Source: Parcubacteria group bacterium Gr01-1014_20 (lineage in GTDB: Bacteria > Patescibacteriota > Minisyncoccia > UBA6257 > 2-01-FULL-56-20). Taken from it: DNA of 64,000 bases. Positions 28,680-38,896 of the stretch are shown here, one piece after another. The notes beneath the pieces were generated by a model. It had not been told where the DNA came from. It saw only the letters and a list, made by a program, of their open reading frames with translations, and made no database searches. The position numbers and the translations under genes are program-made. Position 1 is the stretch's first letter; each line of letters begins with the position of its first letter. The stretch is from NCBI GenBank assembly GCA_007376265.1, contig VMFW01000002.1:13970-77969 (forward strand). Reading direction: 5' to 3'.

Positions 28680-31600
28680 CTACCTAACGTTGACCTCGAA
28701 AATAATGCTCTTTACCCCTCCCCTCGCATTAGTAGCCGTCACTTGAATCGTTTTTATCCCAGCCTGACTGTAAATATGTCTTGGATCAGGCGTCACAAAA
28801 ACCCCACTGTCCCCGCTATAACTATTAGAGACTCCGTCTCCCCAATTTACAACGTAACTAATCGGACCATATCCCGTACTCACCGCTTTAACTCTCCAAG
28901 AACCTTGTTGATTGGGCGTTAGACTATTAGAACCGGTTATAGTCAATGTCGTTGGAGCTGGCGCATATAGACTTGCCTTCTCAAGCCAATTATCAGCTGT
29001 GTACCCAACTGGCGGGACGGTAGGGGGATTACCAGTCACATATCTAATCTTATACCAACAGTAGCCTCCTCCGAGCACGGGTCCCTCTAAAGCCTTTCCA
29101 GTTGTTCCCGCCCCCATACCCACGAGCGCGCTCCCAGTCGGAGAAGCTGTACTCCTCACAGTAATACCAGCAGTGGTAACGACATCCTCACCATAGGGAT
29201 AAACTGGATTAACCGTAAACCTTGCCGCACAAGCAGTCTTCACCGGAAAAGAAACATTAACCGCAAGACTGCGACTAGCCCGGAGCGCCCCAGAGTCAAC
29301 CGCTGTCACTCTGATTGTGTAGGGATCGTCCATTTTGTAAGTGTGCGTGATGTTCACAGCGACACCACTGTTTCCGGTGTAGGCGCTAAAATTTCCATCA
29401 CCCCAATCAACTTGATAGTTGAGTAAGCCTCCTTCTGCATCAGCTCCCGTAACTACCCAGTTCCCCTGCACTCCAACCCCGAGAGCGGTCGGTCCCGTCA
29501 GGCTAGCAACGGTTGGCGCTCCATTGGCTGCGCCCACTGTTACCGTTTTTGACTGAGTCGTCACCTGACCCACTTTTTGCCCCCTAACCGTCACCGAAAT
29601 ATTTTTCTGGCCAGTAGTCAAATACGTATGGGAGAAAGTTTTTGTCTCTCCACTTAACCAAATAGAGCCGGTCAGCAATGGACCGCCGTCGCCCCAATCA
29701 ACCGAATACGTCATCGTGGTCGAAGCCGTCGCCGTAACCTGCCAAGTTCCAAGTATGTTTGCTGGTAATGTGGTGGGTCCAGTAAAACTGGAGATTACAG
29801 GAACAGAAAGCGCCAAAACCTTAATATTGTACGTCTGCGTAGTTGATAGTTGCCCATCACTCACAGTAACCGTCATCACATAATCTCCCGGAGTTTTGTA
29901 CGTATGGATCGGGCCTTCAGTTGTAACACCACTCGAACCAATAATTCCGGTGCGGGTGGTGGAACTTCCGTCTCCAAAATCAATATTATAGGTAATCGTA
30001 ACCGTTGGAATATTTGGCGAGTTTGCCGTATCTCTCACCGAAAGCTGCCAGGAATTACTATCAAACACATACACTTGAGTCGGTCCAGCAATAGTCAGAA
30101 CAGGCGGCAAGTTAACAACCGTTGAGCTCACCATCACCACCAAGGATTCCGTATCCGAAAGTTGACCATCAGAAGCCGTTACGGTGATAGTGCGGCTCCC
30201 ACTCTGCGTGAAAGTGTGTTGGGCAGGTACACTTTGTCCGCTCGCAATATTCGGAAATGTCGAAGCAGCTGTCCCATCTCCCCAATTGAACGTATAACTT
30301 AGAGCCGTTCCGTCTGGGTCAACCGCTTTCGCCTGCCAAGTTGTATTTACGTTCACGGTCGCCTGATTCGGAGTCGTAAAAGGATCAAGCACCGGCGGAC
30401 GATTGGGGCCAGCGGCTCCTACCACACTAACTGAAAAACTTTCCGTGTCGGTTAACTGTCCATCCGAAACCGTCACGGTAAATGTTTTTGTTCCGGATTG
30501 AGTGTAGGTGTGAGAAATGCTGATCGCCTGTCCGCTCGCGCCTGTGTAGGTTGTGTTGCTCGTACCATCCCCCCAGTTCACATTGTACGCAAGAGCTGGA
30601 GAATCGGCATCGAGTGCCATCACTTGCCAAGAGCCGGATGTATTAACATTAATCGTGTTTACACCAGTCGGCACCCCCAAAACAGGCGCCTGATTTGGCG
30701 GCGGAGGGCAAACTACTATAAGTAGGAAGTTTTCTACCGACCAACCGTCATAATTACCCGGAAAATCCATTCTCCACCAAGTGTATCCATTCGCCGAAAC
30801 TGGTCCGTCAACAATTAACCCTTCGGTCCCTAGCGGCACTGTTCCCACCACCGTCGCTCCGGTTGAAGCCGACACCCGCACATTCAAGTTAGCTGCTGTT
30901 CGAACAGTACAACCTCTCGCAAAACCTCCCACTGTGCCGCCACCACCAGCCTGATTCAGTCCTCCAGAACCACCTTGAGTTGTGATGGTAAACGTTCGGC
31001 TTGTGCTGTTTATTCCTCCCGCCTCAACATTCCCAGCGTAAATCGCAATTGCAAAACTAGTTCCTTCCAATATTTGGCCGTTAAACTCCTGCGGAACTGT
31101 CCATACGTAAACTCCATCATTCGGTTCGTCTTGAGCCAAAAGTCCAACTCCGGCCAGGTAAATATGTACTCTCGTTACACTCGATGGTGCCGTCCACCTA
31201 ATTGTAATCGGCTCTCCTGGATGCCATATGTCACCCGCCGCTGGAGAAATAATAGTAATCGCTCCGCCCACAGACTGATTCCCACCCGAAACTAATTCCA
31301 GCCAATAAACTCCTCCACCCGCCTCTGCCGACCAACCCCTCGGACCGCCATCATAATCTATTCGCCACCAGCAATAACCAACCGTCGCGCCAGGACCTCC
31401 AATAATAGTCCCCATCGCTCCATTCGCTTTGTTACCTAAAATCGTCCCGTTCGGAGTTTCTCTAACTCTTAAGTCCTGCTCGGCGCTCGTATTCACCACT
31501 CGCACCCTATCCCCAATTTGAAATCGCGTACTGCACGGCGCGGCCACCTGCGTGGTGAGAACTGATTCAGCCGAAAGCCCACCACCATCTGTCACGGTAA

Positions 31601-34040
31601 GCTTGATATTGAAACTCCCGACTTGAGCGTAAGCGTGAGAGAGTTCTTGAGTCACCGAGGCTCCAGTGATTGCAACTGGTGCTACAGCGCTACCATCGCC
31701 CCAATCAACTTTGTATGAAGCTAGCGCCCCTTCTAAGTCAGTCGCCTGAAATCGCCAAGTGTTTGGAATATTTGTAAATGAACTGGTTGAACCATTGAAA
31801 CTCACGATGGTTGGCGGTTGATTGCCCCGCCCATACTTACATCTATACCCCACCCATCTAAACGGGGGGGCATCGGAAATGGCTTGGCAGTTCCAGGCAC
31901 CACCGGTTGCGGCCGCCATGCCTGCGGCGTCGAGAGAATTTCGAGCCGGCTCACTCGGTATCGAGACCTGCCCATTCTCAACAAAGTAATAATAGGCTTC
32001 TGTAAAAACGCTTCCCTGACTCGGCTGGATTTTCCTCCCCAAGATGTTATCCCCTGTAAACGCCCACTCGCCAGTTAAGTGTCCGATTGAACTTAAGTAG
32101 TCCATCACCGACCACCCATCTGGCCCGTAATCGTAATTAACTTTGACCCAAGTGTAACCACCAACGGTTTGCGGTGCTTCTATCACCACTCCCTTAGCCG
32201 GCGCAAACTGCCTAAACCCAGAATACAAAATGTCCTTGTATTGAGTGCCTAAAACGTAACTGCCATTTGCCTCCACTCGAACATTTACGTTCGCCGTAAC
32301 CACCACTCTATCGCCCACCCCAATCGGACCCCCTCCACCCTGGGCTGTCACCGTAACCGTAAACGGGTATTGAGCGCTTAAACCGGCGGCGTCCTTAACC
32401 CTAAACATCAAAGAATAGGTCCCCGCCACTGTAAACGTATGCGTCAAAGCCGCCACCGTTCCGGCTGGAGTCGCGCTTCCATCTCCCCAGGTCGCCTCGT
32501 ATGTCAACACATCCCCAGTCGCGTCTATTGCTACTATCGTCCAGGTCCCACCCTGCCCAACATTCAAACTGGTCGGCCCGTCCACTCGAGAAATCACTGG
32601 CGGTTGATTGTTGTCCCCGCCAGGAACTGGGTCACCAATCGTGAACTGATTACTTAAAATAGTATTCGGTGAGCTTGTGTCTCTCCGATTAACCGTCGCC
32701 TTTATTTTATAAGTGCCATTTGCAATCGTAGTCGGAATTACCCAGCTAAAATCTCCTCCCCCCTGAATACTGACTGGGATATTGTCTTTAACAATCGCGA
32801 TGCTGTTCAAATTGTTTCCATTCGCATCAACTAAAATTAGCGATACCTCGCTCACGTTCCAAGCCGTTGGAGTATTCCACCCAATTCGATGAGTTTGACC
32901 CTTAGCCCAACTCTCTCCGCCTACGGGAGAGGAAAAACTACCCTCCCCTGTGGGTGTTGATGTCGGATTTCCGCCGGGCGGCGCCGTACCAGAAATCCTG
33001 AAAGCGCCACTAATAGAGTTTCGATCGCTTCCATTCCCGCTGTAATCGGCCGTCGCCTTAACCACGTACAAACCATCTTTAACATCCGAGGCGATCATCC
33101 AACTCGAACCAGTCGTATAGCCACCACTATTATTCCCTGGATTAACCTCGCTTCCTTTTGTGATGATCACCCTCTCGGTAGGAGCAGTAGTTGAATCGTT
33201 ATACGGACCAGCCAACTTCGCAGTTAATCCAACCGGAGCGTAATATTGATAGACCGGCAATGTACCCCAGCTAACGGGCAAATTCGTTCCTTTTTGATAA
33301 GTCGCCCCACCGGATGGTTGAGATAATGTGAAATCTCCTCCCGCGCTTGGCGGCGGAACGTTAGTGTTGCTCGGCAAAGTAACTTTTGCCAACCACATGG
33401 TTCCATCAGTCGCCGCCTCCGCTGACCAACCGATTAAATCCGTACAACTCGTAATCCCATTGGGACAATAACGCCCCCAATTAATCTTCCACCAAATATA
33501 ACCATCCTGATAATAAGGCCCTTCCTCAATCACTTTCCCACCTAAAATAAACGGCCCGTCCAAAACCTTTCCCTTATTACCCACGTAAATGGTAGTAATG
33601 ACATTATCAACACGGTTAAGTCCCTCGTAAACTTGAGATAAAATAGACGGCTGTCTTCTCACCCTCAAGGTATCCGATAAAACCTCAACCTCATCGTCCT
33701 TCACAAATCTAGGTTGAAGTTTAGAAATTCCAGATTCGGCCACCCATCCGTCTGGGTTCTCGTCAAAATCGACATTCCAATACCAAACATTTCCGCTATT
33801 ACTCGGACCAGCAATCACTGTTCCAATCGAACGATTGGGCTGGCTACCTAAATCAGCGCTAGTCGCCGTCGGAAACTCCTTAACCTTCAGGTTGGCGTTA
33901 GGCGCTGCTACCACTTGAACTCTATCGTCAATCGAAAACGTTGTGTTTGGTAGAACTTGTGCCTCAGCCATCCCGAGAAACCAAGGCGTCGACCCGAACA
34001 AAAACCCCGCTAAAACCGCAAAAACAATTGCTTTTTTCAT
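28680..34040 (-). CDS. giant (1786 aa) secreted protein with multiple SH3b-like and PKD-like (xWGDG) repeats
   Basis: Signal peptide; at least 5 SH3b-like modules (GDRVQVVAAPNANLKVKEFP, GVGDRVVVTANVNVRV, FQIGDRVRVVNTSAEQDLRVRETPNG); about 8 PKD-like modules with the WGDGS/T signature. Confidence 0.85.
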   Translation of the reverse strand: MKKAIVFAVLAGFLFGSTPWFLGMAEAQVLPNTTFSIDDRVQVVAAPNANLKVKEFPTATSADLGSQPNRSIGTVIAGPSNSGNVWYWNVDFDENPDGWVAESGISKLQPRFVKDDEVEVLSDTLRVRRQPSILSQVYEGLNRVDNVITTIYVGNKGKVLDGPFILGGKVIEEGPYYQDGYIWWKINWGRYCPNGITSCTDLIGWSAEAATDGTMWLAKVTLPSNTNVPPPSAGGDFTLSQPSGGATYQKGTNLPVSWGTLPVYQYYAPVGLTAKLAGPYNDSTTAPTERVIITKGSEVNPGNNSGGYTTGSSWMIASDVKDGLYVVKATADYSGNGSDRNSISGAFRISGTAPPGGNPTSTPTGEGSFSSPVGGESWAKGQTHRIGWNTPTAWNVSEVSLILVDANGNNLNSIAIVKDNIPVSIQGGGDFSWVIPTTIANGTYKIKATVNRRDTSSPNTILSNQFTIGDPVPGGDNNQPPVISRVDGPTSLNVGQGGTWTIVAIDATGDVLTYEATWGDGSATPAGTVAALTHTFTVAGTYSLMFRVKDAAGLSAQYPFTVTVTAQGGGGPIGVGDRVVVTANVNVRVEANGSYVLGTQYKDILYSGFRQFAPAKGVVIEAPQTVGGYTWVKVNYDYGPDGWSVMDYLSSIGHLTGEWAFTGDNILGRKIQPSQGSVFTEAYYYFVENGQVSIPSEPARNSLDAAGMAAATGGAWNCQAISDAPPFRWVGYRCKYGRGNQPPTIVSFNGSTSSFTNIPNTWRFQATDLEGALASYKVDWGDGSAVAPVAITGASVTQELSHAYAQVGSFNIKLTVTDGGGLSAESVLTTQVAAPCSTRFQIGDRVRVVNTSAEQDLRVRETPNGTILGNKANGAMGTIIGGPGATVGYCWWRIDYDGGPRGWSAEAGGGVYWLELVSGGNQSVGGAITIISPAAGDIWHPGEPITIRWTAPSSVTRVHIYLAGVGLLAQDEPNDGVYVWTVPQEFNGQILEGTSFAIAIYAGNVEAGGINSTSRTFTITTQGGSGGLNQAGGGGTVGGFARGCTVRTAANLNVRVSASTGATVVGTVPLGTEGLIVDGPVSANGYTWWRMDFPGNYDGWSVENFLLIVVCPPPPNQAPVLGVPTGVNTINVNTSGSWQVMALDADSPALAYNVNWGDGTSNTTYTGASGQAISISHTYTQSGTKTFTVTVSDGQLTDTESFSVSVVGAAGPNRPPVLDPFTTPNQATVNVNTTWQAKAVDPDGTALSYTFNWGDGTAASTFPNIASGQSVPAQHTFTQSGSRTITVTASDGQLSDTESLVVMVSSTVVNLPPVLTIAGPTQVYVFDSNSWQLSVRDTANSPNIPTVTITYNIDFGDGSSTTRTGIIGSSGVTTEGPIHTYKTPGDYVMTVTVSDGQLSTTQTYNIKVLALSVPVISSFTGPTTLPANILGTWQVTATASTTMTYSVDWGDGGPLLTGSIWLSGETKTFSHTYLTTGQKNISVTVRGQKVGQVTTQSKTVTVGAANGAPTVASLTGPTALGVGVQGNWVVTGADAEGGLLNYQVDWGDGNFSAYTGNSGVAVNITHTYKMDDPYTIRVTAVDSGALRASRSLAVNVSFPVKTACAARFTVNPVYPYGEDVVTTAGITVRSTASPTGSALVGMGAGTTGKALEGPVLGGGYCWYKIRYVTGNPPTVPPVGYTADNWLEKASLYAPAPTTLTITGSNSLTPNQQGSWRVKAVSTGYGPISYVVNWGDGVSNSYSGDSGVFVTPDPRHIYSQAGIKTIQVTATNARGGVKSIIFEVNVR

Positions 34041-34169
34041 GTATAAATTATTAAAAAGACCTTTCTTCTATTATATACGTCTAAAAAGTCAAAGGTAATA
34101 CTCCTTATCCCCAACTAAAAACCAAAATTCCCTCGCCAAAAGCGAGGGAATAAACTTCAAACCCGACTC

Positions 34170-35513
34170 CTATCTAACTATATTATCCAACTGAGCCAGC
34201 ATTTGAACCAGCTGATTTCTAACAGAATCCAAAATCACCAACATCGTCGCTAATTCTGAATTTGAATCACTCTCGTTTATCACCCCCAACTCTGAACCAG
34301 ATGAGTTTTCAATCATCGCCGAACCTGACCTTTGCACAAGCCAGTTTTCCGCCGACCAACCCAAAAAACCATCAGCCCATATTATCTTCCACCAAACATA
34401 CCCATCCCCTATCGCTGGGCCTTCAACCACCCTCCCTCTTGCTCCACCTTTTTCCTGAGTAACAACTTCCCCTCCCTTGGTTTTCGGTAAAGATCTCACA
34501 AAAAGACCATTGACACCAGCCACCACTTCAACTGAATCACCGGCATTAAATTTCACTTTCTCTGGGCCAACAGTCACCTGAAAAGTTTCAATATCAGATA
34601 ATTGTCCATCAGAAACAGTAACTTTAAAGGTGTAAGCCCCTCCTTTGGAGTAAATATGACCAACCGCAGCGCTTCTTCCAAGACCTGCCTGTCCAAGATC
34701 AATTGATTTTCCATCTCCAAAATCCACCCAAAAATTCACGGATCCGGACTCAGACCCAGGGTCGGTTACTGACAAACCCCAACCTCCTTTTTCATTTATC
34801 CTGAGACTCCTGGGCCCAGTAATTTCCCCCAAAATTGGAGCATAATTTTTTGGAGGTTCCACAGTTCCACCTGGCCTAACCGCAACATTAACTATCAAGG
34901 ATTTCGAATCTTTTAATTGCCCGTCTGAAACCGTAACGGTGATAGTCTTGTTCCCAACTTCAGTATAGGTATGAGTTATAAAAAACGAATTTCCACTTTC
35001 TCTTTGATATGTCGAGTTAGGAGTTCCATCTCCCCAGGCCACCGTGTAACTCAAATTTTTTGAGTCACTGTCAGTCGCTAAAACTGTCCAGGATTCGGTC
35101 GAACGCAGGGCAATACTAGCTCTTCCCGAAATCGCTGACAAAACAGGAGCTGCCGGTGTATTCGGCGTAGCTATTGGGGGGAGCGGAGGAGTTGTTGTCG
35201 ACGTAGTATTGGATGGAGTAGTTGTTTGGGTAACAGCTTTCATTAAATAACCTCCCGCCGACCATCCCTCCAAACCAATATCCCATCTGACTTTCCACCA
35301 ACCAGAAGTCGGCCCGCCAATCACCGTTCCCAAATAACCCGGCCAAACCGATCCCAAAGCCGTTTGAGACGTCCCCGCTATTGGCCTCACATTTAGATTA
35401 TTCCCATTTGCTGTCACCTTCACCCTTTCTCCGGCCACAAACTGTGCCTGTACGGACGACACAACTGCAAAAAATGCGAACCCCACTAAACCAATAAATA
35501 AAAACTTCTTCAT
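34170..35513 (-). CDS. secreted 447-aa protein: SH3b-like, PKD x2, SH3b-like, C-terminal amphipathic helix
   Basis: Signal peptide, FVAGERVKVTANGNNLNVRP, two xWGDG PKD units, C-terminus SVRNQLVQMLAQLDNIVR. Confidence 0.8.
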   Translation of the reverse strand: MKKFLFIGLVGFAFFAVVSSVQAQFVAGERVKVTANGNNLNVRPIAGTSQTALGSVWPGYLGTVIGGPTSGWWKVRWDIGLEGWSAGGYLMKAVTQTTTPSNTTSTTTPPLPPIATPNTPAAPVLSAISGRASIALRSTESWTVLATDSDSKNLSYTVAWGDGTPNSTYQRESGNSFFITHTYTEVGNKTITVTVSDGQLKDSKSLIVNVAVRPGGTVEPPKNYAPILGEITGPRSLRINEKGGWGLSVTDPGSESGSVNFWVDFGDGKSIDLGQAGLGRSAAVGHIYSKGGAYTFKVTVSDGQLSDIETFQVTVGPEKVKFNAGDSVEVVAGVNGLFVRSLPKTKGGEVVTQEKGGARGRVVEGPAIGDGYVWWKIIWADGFLGWSAENWLVQRSGSAMIENSSGSELGVINESDSNSELATMLVILDSVRNQLVQMLAQLDNIVR

Positions 35514-35563
35514 CTTTATTTTTGTTTTTAAAAGATTGCCACCGACCAGTGGCTAATGAAAAC

Positions 35564-36577
35564 TTATAGTTTCGAAACCGCTGCCACGTGCCTTACAAGC
35601 GTCGAAACATACCCGGCCTCATTGTCATACCAAGAAAGAACTTTCACTAAATCGCCATCAATCACTTTGGTGAAATTTAAGTCCACAATCGCTCCGTAAG
35701 GCATCCCCAAAATATCTGATGAAACGAGTTGTTCTCGCGTTACCTTCATAATTCCTTGCCACCTGTAAGAATGAGCGGCATTCGTTAAAATCTCATTTAT
35801 CTCCTCTACTGTTGTTTTTCTTTTTGCCAAAAAGGTAATGTCCGCAATCGATCCTGCCACCACCGGCACCCGAAAAGCCACCCCGTCAAACTTCCCTCCC
35901 AGTTCTTTGATTGCTCTTGTCACCGAAATCGCCGCGCCAGTCGTCGAAGGCGTAATGTTTTGCGCCGCCGCTCGCCCTCGCCTAAAATCACTCCCCTTGA
36001 CCGGCCCATCCACGATTGATTGGGTCGCGGTGTAGCCATGAACCGTACTTAAGATGGCTTTCACGATTCCCGGATTTTCGGATAAAACCTGAATCACCGG
36101 CGAGGCGGCGTTCGTTGTACACGACCCATTCGAAGTCAAAGCTACGCCACCCAACTCGCCCTCATTCACTCCCATCAAAACGGTTTTTCCCAAAGTTCCG
36201 TCTTCATCTTTCGCCGGCGCCGTGATTACCACCCGCTTTGCCCCGGCGTCAATGTGCACCTTAGCTTTTTCGTAAGACTCAAAAACTCCCGTTGCTTCAA
36301 TGACAACATCAATCCCCAAACTTTTCCATGGTAACTGTGTCGCATCTTTAATTTGCGTAAACTGAATCTCTTCGCCATCGGCCACCAACTTTCCATCCTT
36401 AACTTGAACCTCTTTATCCCAAGTTCCATAAACCGTGTCGTACTTTAATAAGTAAGCCAGATTCTCCAAATCCCCTAAGTCATTTATCGCCACCACCTCA
36501 AAATCTTTATTATCTAGAGAAGAACGCAAAAACAACCTCCCAATCCTCCCAAAACCATTAATAGCTACTTTCTTCAT
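35564..36577 (-). CDS. gap: glyceraldehyde-3-phosphate dehydrogenase
   Basis: MKKVAINGFGRIGR NAD motif, catalytic SCTTNA. Confidence 0.9.
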   Translation of the reverse strand: MKKVAINGFGRIGRLFLRSSLDNKDFEVVAINDLGDLENLAYLLKYDTVYGTWDKEVQVKDGKLVADGEEIQFTQIKDATQLPWKSLGIDVVIEATGVFESYEKAKVHIDAGAKRVVITAPAKDEDGTLGKTVLMGVNEGELGGVALTSNGSCTTNAASPVIQVLSENPGIVKAILSTVHGYTATQSIVDGPVKGSDFRRGRAAAQNITPSTTGAAISVTRAIKELGGKFDGVAFRVPVVAGSIADITFLAKRKTTVEEINEILTNAAHSYRWQGIMKVTREQLVSSDILGMPYGAIVDLNFTKVIDGDLVKVLSWYDNEAGYVSTLVRHVAAVSKL

Positions 36578-36635
36578 ACTTCTATTATATAAGAAGAAAA
36601 CTTTCTCTCGAAACTAAACTTGTCCCCAATGTCAC

Positions 36636-37910
36636 TCAACTACCAGAGTCATTCTTTGCAAATCTAATTAAATGAGAATATTTAGGATAGGCCTCCTTAA
36701 AACCCTCCATCCCAAACTCATCTTCTGGGTAATTAACGATAATCTCTTTAATATACGACATATCAATTCCTCCTAATACCTGCGCTTCAATATATTGAAC
36801 CGCCTTAGCTCCAGGCAACTCGTCTTCCCTACCCTTACCATAGTGGGGTTTTTCCAACTCTCGACTTAGATTATAAATCGCTTTCGCAATTTGAGCATGA
36901 TCTCTATTTAGCAATCTATGCTCAAGGCCATGCCTATCTGACTGATTTTCTTTTCCTCGTATTGCATCAATCATTCCCATCGGATTCATTGAATCACCCT
37001 CGGTAAAAATTACTCGGTCTCTCAGTTTGCTATCTTCAAGAACTAACACTAATTCCCCATACTGCGGCGCCGCCCCTCTCTCCAAACTCCAATCGCTTCC
37101 TCCTGCCAAAGCCGCATAAACCGGTTTATTTCCTGTCTTCGGGTAAATCCCCAACAACTCTTCAGATGCTTTTCTTTTATCCTCATAACTATCAACTTTA
37201 AACCCAAATATTCCAGGAATAACTGGTCCCTCCTTTCTCATCTTTGATCTCACTTCTTCTGATTGTTCAGTCATGGGTAAAATTTTACCTGTTTCAAAGA
37301 TTTTTTCTAAAGAATCAAAATCGACATTGTAAGTTAAGACTGACTTTTCTTTAATTTTAGCCAACTCTTTAGAAAGCTTAGTGACAACCTCTTCTTTATC
37401 AAAAACAATTCTATTTTCTCCCAAGTATTCCCTAGGGAACAAAGCATCGACCCTACTCTTTACCTCCCTTCCATTCTCCCAATCAGATAAGGGTCTGTTC
37501 TTACTATCAATCTTCTCACCTTCAATACTAGTTCGACCTCCCTCTTCTTGCCAAAAATCGCTCCAAACTTTTTCCTCGGCCTCCTTTCTTTCCGTTCTCA
37601 TTTTTTCATGATCATATATTCCATTCTTGCAATAGAAATCTAAAAACATCCTGATTGAGTCTCGAATATTCGAAAAAGAAGTTCTATCAACTTTATCCAT
37701 CAACTCTTGATTATCTTGATGCTCAACAGTTTCAAGATACTTTTTTTCATCCTCAAGGGTTACTCCGAGATTAGTAAAAACTTCTTTTTCTAAAAAACTT
37801 TCAAAATCTAAGTCTGTATTTTCTTTCTTAGATTCAAGAACCTCACCTCGAACGGGAACTTGCTCGCTCTGCTCCTCTATATCCCCGCTCGGAAAACTTT
37901 CAAAACCCAT
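36636..37910 (-). CDS. hypothetical Glu/Lys-rich protein, 424 aa, markedly AT-rich gene
   Basis: Clean ORF with no known motif; GC about 38-40% against about 47% in flanking gap and guaA. Confidence 0.5.
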   Translation of the reverse strand: MGFESFPSGDIEEQSEQVPVRGEVLESKKENTDLDFESFLEKEVFTNLGVTLEDEKKYLETVEHQDNQELMDKVDRTSFSNIRDSIRMFLDFYCKNGIYDHEKMRTERKEAEEKVWSDFWQEEGGRTSIEGEKIDSKNRPLSDWENGREVKSRVDALFPREYLGENRIVFDKEEVVTKLSKELAKIKEKSVLTYNVDFDSLEKIFETGKILPMTEQSEEVRSKMRKEGPVIPGIFGFKVDSYEDKRKASEELLGIYPKTGNKPVYAALAGGSDWSLERGAAPQYGELVLVLEDSKLRDRVIFTEGDSMNPMGMIDAIRGKENQSDRHGLEHRLLNRDHAQIAKAIYNLSRELEKPHYGKGREDELPGAKAVQYIEAQVLGGIDMSYIKEIIVNYPEDEFGMEGFKEAYPKYSHLIRFAKNDSGS

Positions 37911-37911
37911 A

Positions 37912-38379
37912 TTACTTATTTAAGTACACCGAATCGCCGACCTTAAATCCATACTTCGCCACCGTCCCCGCGTTTACCTCGAGCACCCGATCCACCGCTT
38001 CCGGCGGGTAATAAGTTTTTAAACCAAAAACCGACTTCTCCGGCTCCGGTTTTGCATTTTCTTGAAACCCCACAATCCGCTCACCCTTGATCCAAATAAT
38101 ATCAATCGCAAACTTCATGTCCTTCATCCAAAACCCATGATTTCCCGGCGAGTCAAAAACAAAAAACATCCCCTCGCTATCCTCCAGTTTTTCCCGCCCC
38201 GAAAGCCCTTGCGACCGACTCATCATGGTATCTGCCACATCCACGCTAAAAGTTTGATCATTAATCCTCACCTCCCCTTTCCCAAGGTTAGCTTTCCCTT
38301 TAAAACCAAAAAACCAGCCCCCGACCACCACCAAAACCACAATTGTAATTAGAGACCAAATCAATTTTCTATTTCTCAT
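37912..38379 (-). CDS. DUF192 (COG1430) family protein with N-terminal TM anchor
   Basis: GLSGRE..L....GMFFVF......FWMKDMKFAIDIIWI pattern of DUF192. Confidence 0.75.
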   Translation of the reverse strand: MRNRKLIWSLITIVVLVVVGGWFFGFKGKANLGKGEVRINDQTFSVDVADTMMSRSQGLSGREKLEDSEGMFFVFDSPGNHGFWMKDMKFAIDIIWIKGERIVGFQENAKPEPEKSVFGLKTYYPPEAVDRVLEVNAGTVAKYGFKVGDSVYLNK

Positions 38380-38873
38380 TATCTTTCTACTAGTAAATTA
38401 TACACCACAATCCCCGCCGCGACCGATACATTCAAAGACTCTTTCTTCCCTCGCATCGGAATCTCCAAAATTTTGTCGCACTTATCCAAAACCAATTTCG
38501 GCAACCCTTTGGTTTCTTCGCCAAGAACGAGAGCTATTTTCTTATTCTTAACTTGTCTCTTGTCTCTACTTAACTTGTAACTATAGTACGGCACCGATCG
38601 CTTATCCTGCTCCACTGCCAAAATATCGTATTCATCAGACTTCAACTCTTTTAACAATAAACTTGTCCCTTGTCTCTTTTCCCATGTCACTGTTCGCTCT
38701 GCCCCGAGCGCCACCTTCGCAAAATCCGCCCGAAATTTCTTAAATCGATCCAAAGGTGTCGGCGTCACCCCCACCAAATAAATCTTCGAAACTCCCGCCC
38801 CATCGGCAGTTCTGAATATCGAAGCTACATTATATACACTCCGAATATTATGGAGGATGAGTGTTAAATTCAT
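38379..38873 (-). CDS. SpoU/TrmH-family RNA 2'-O-methyltransferase (TrmL-like)
   Basis: LILHNIRSVYNVASIFRTADGAG, LVLGEETKGLP and IPMRGKKESLNVSVAAGIVVY (SPOUT knot motifs). Confidence 0.8.
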   Translation of the reverse strand: MNLTLILHNIRSVYNVASIFRTADGAGVSKIYLVGVTPTPLDRFKKFRADFAKVALGAERTVTWEKRQGTSLLLKELKSDEYDILAVEQDKRSVPYYSYKLSRDKRQVKNKKIALVLGEETKGLPKLVLDKCDKILEIPMRGKKESLNVSVAAGIVVYNLLVER

Positions 38874-38896
38874 GCTTGATTTGTCTCAGCAAAAAT

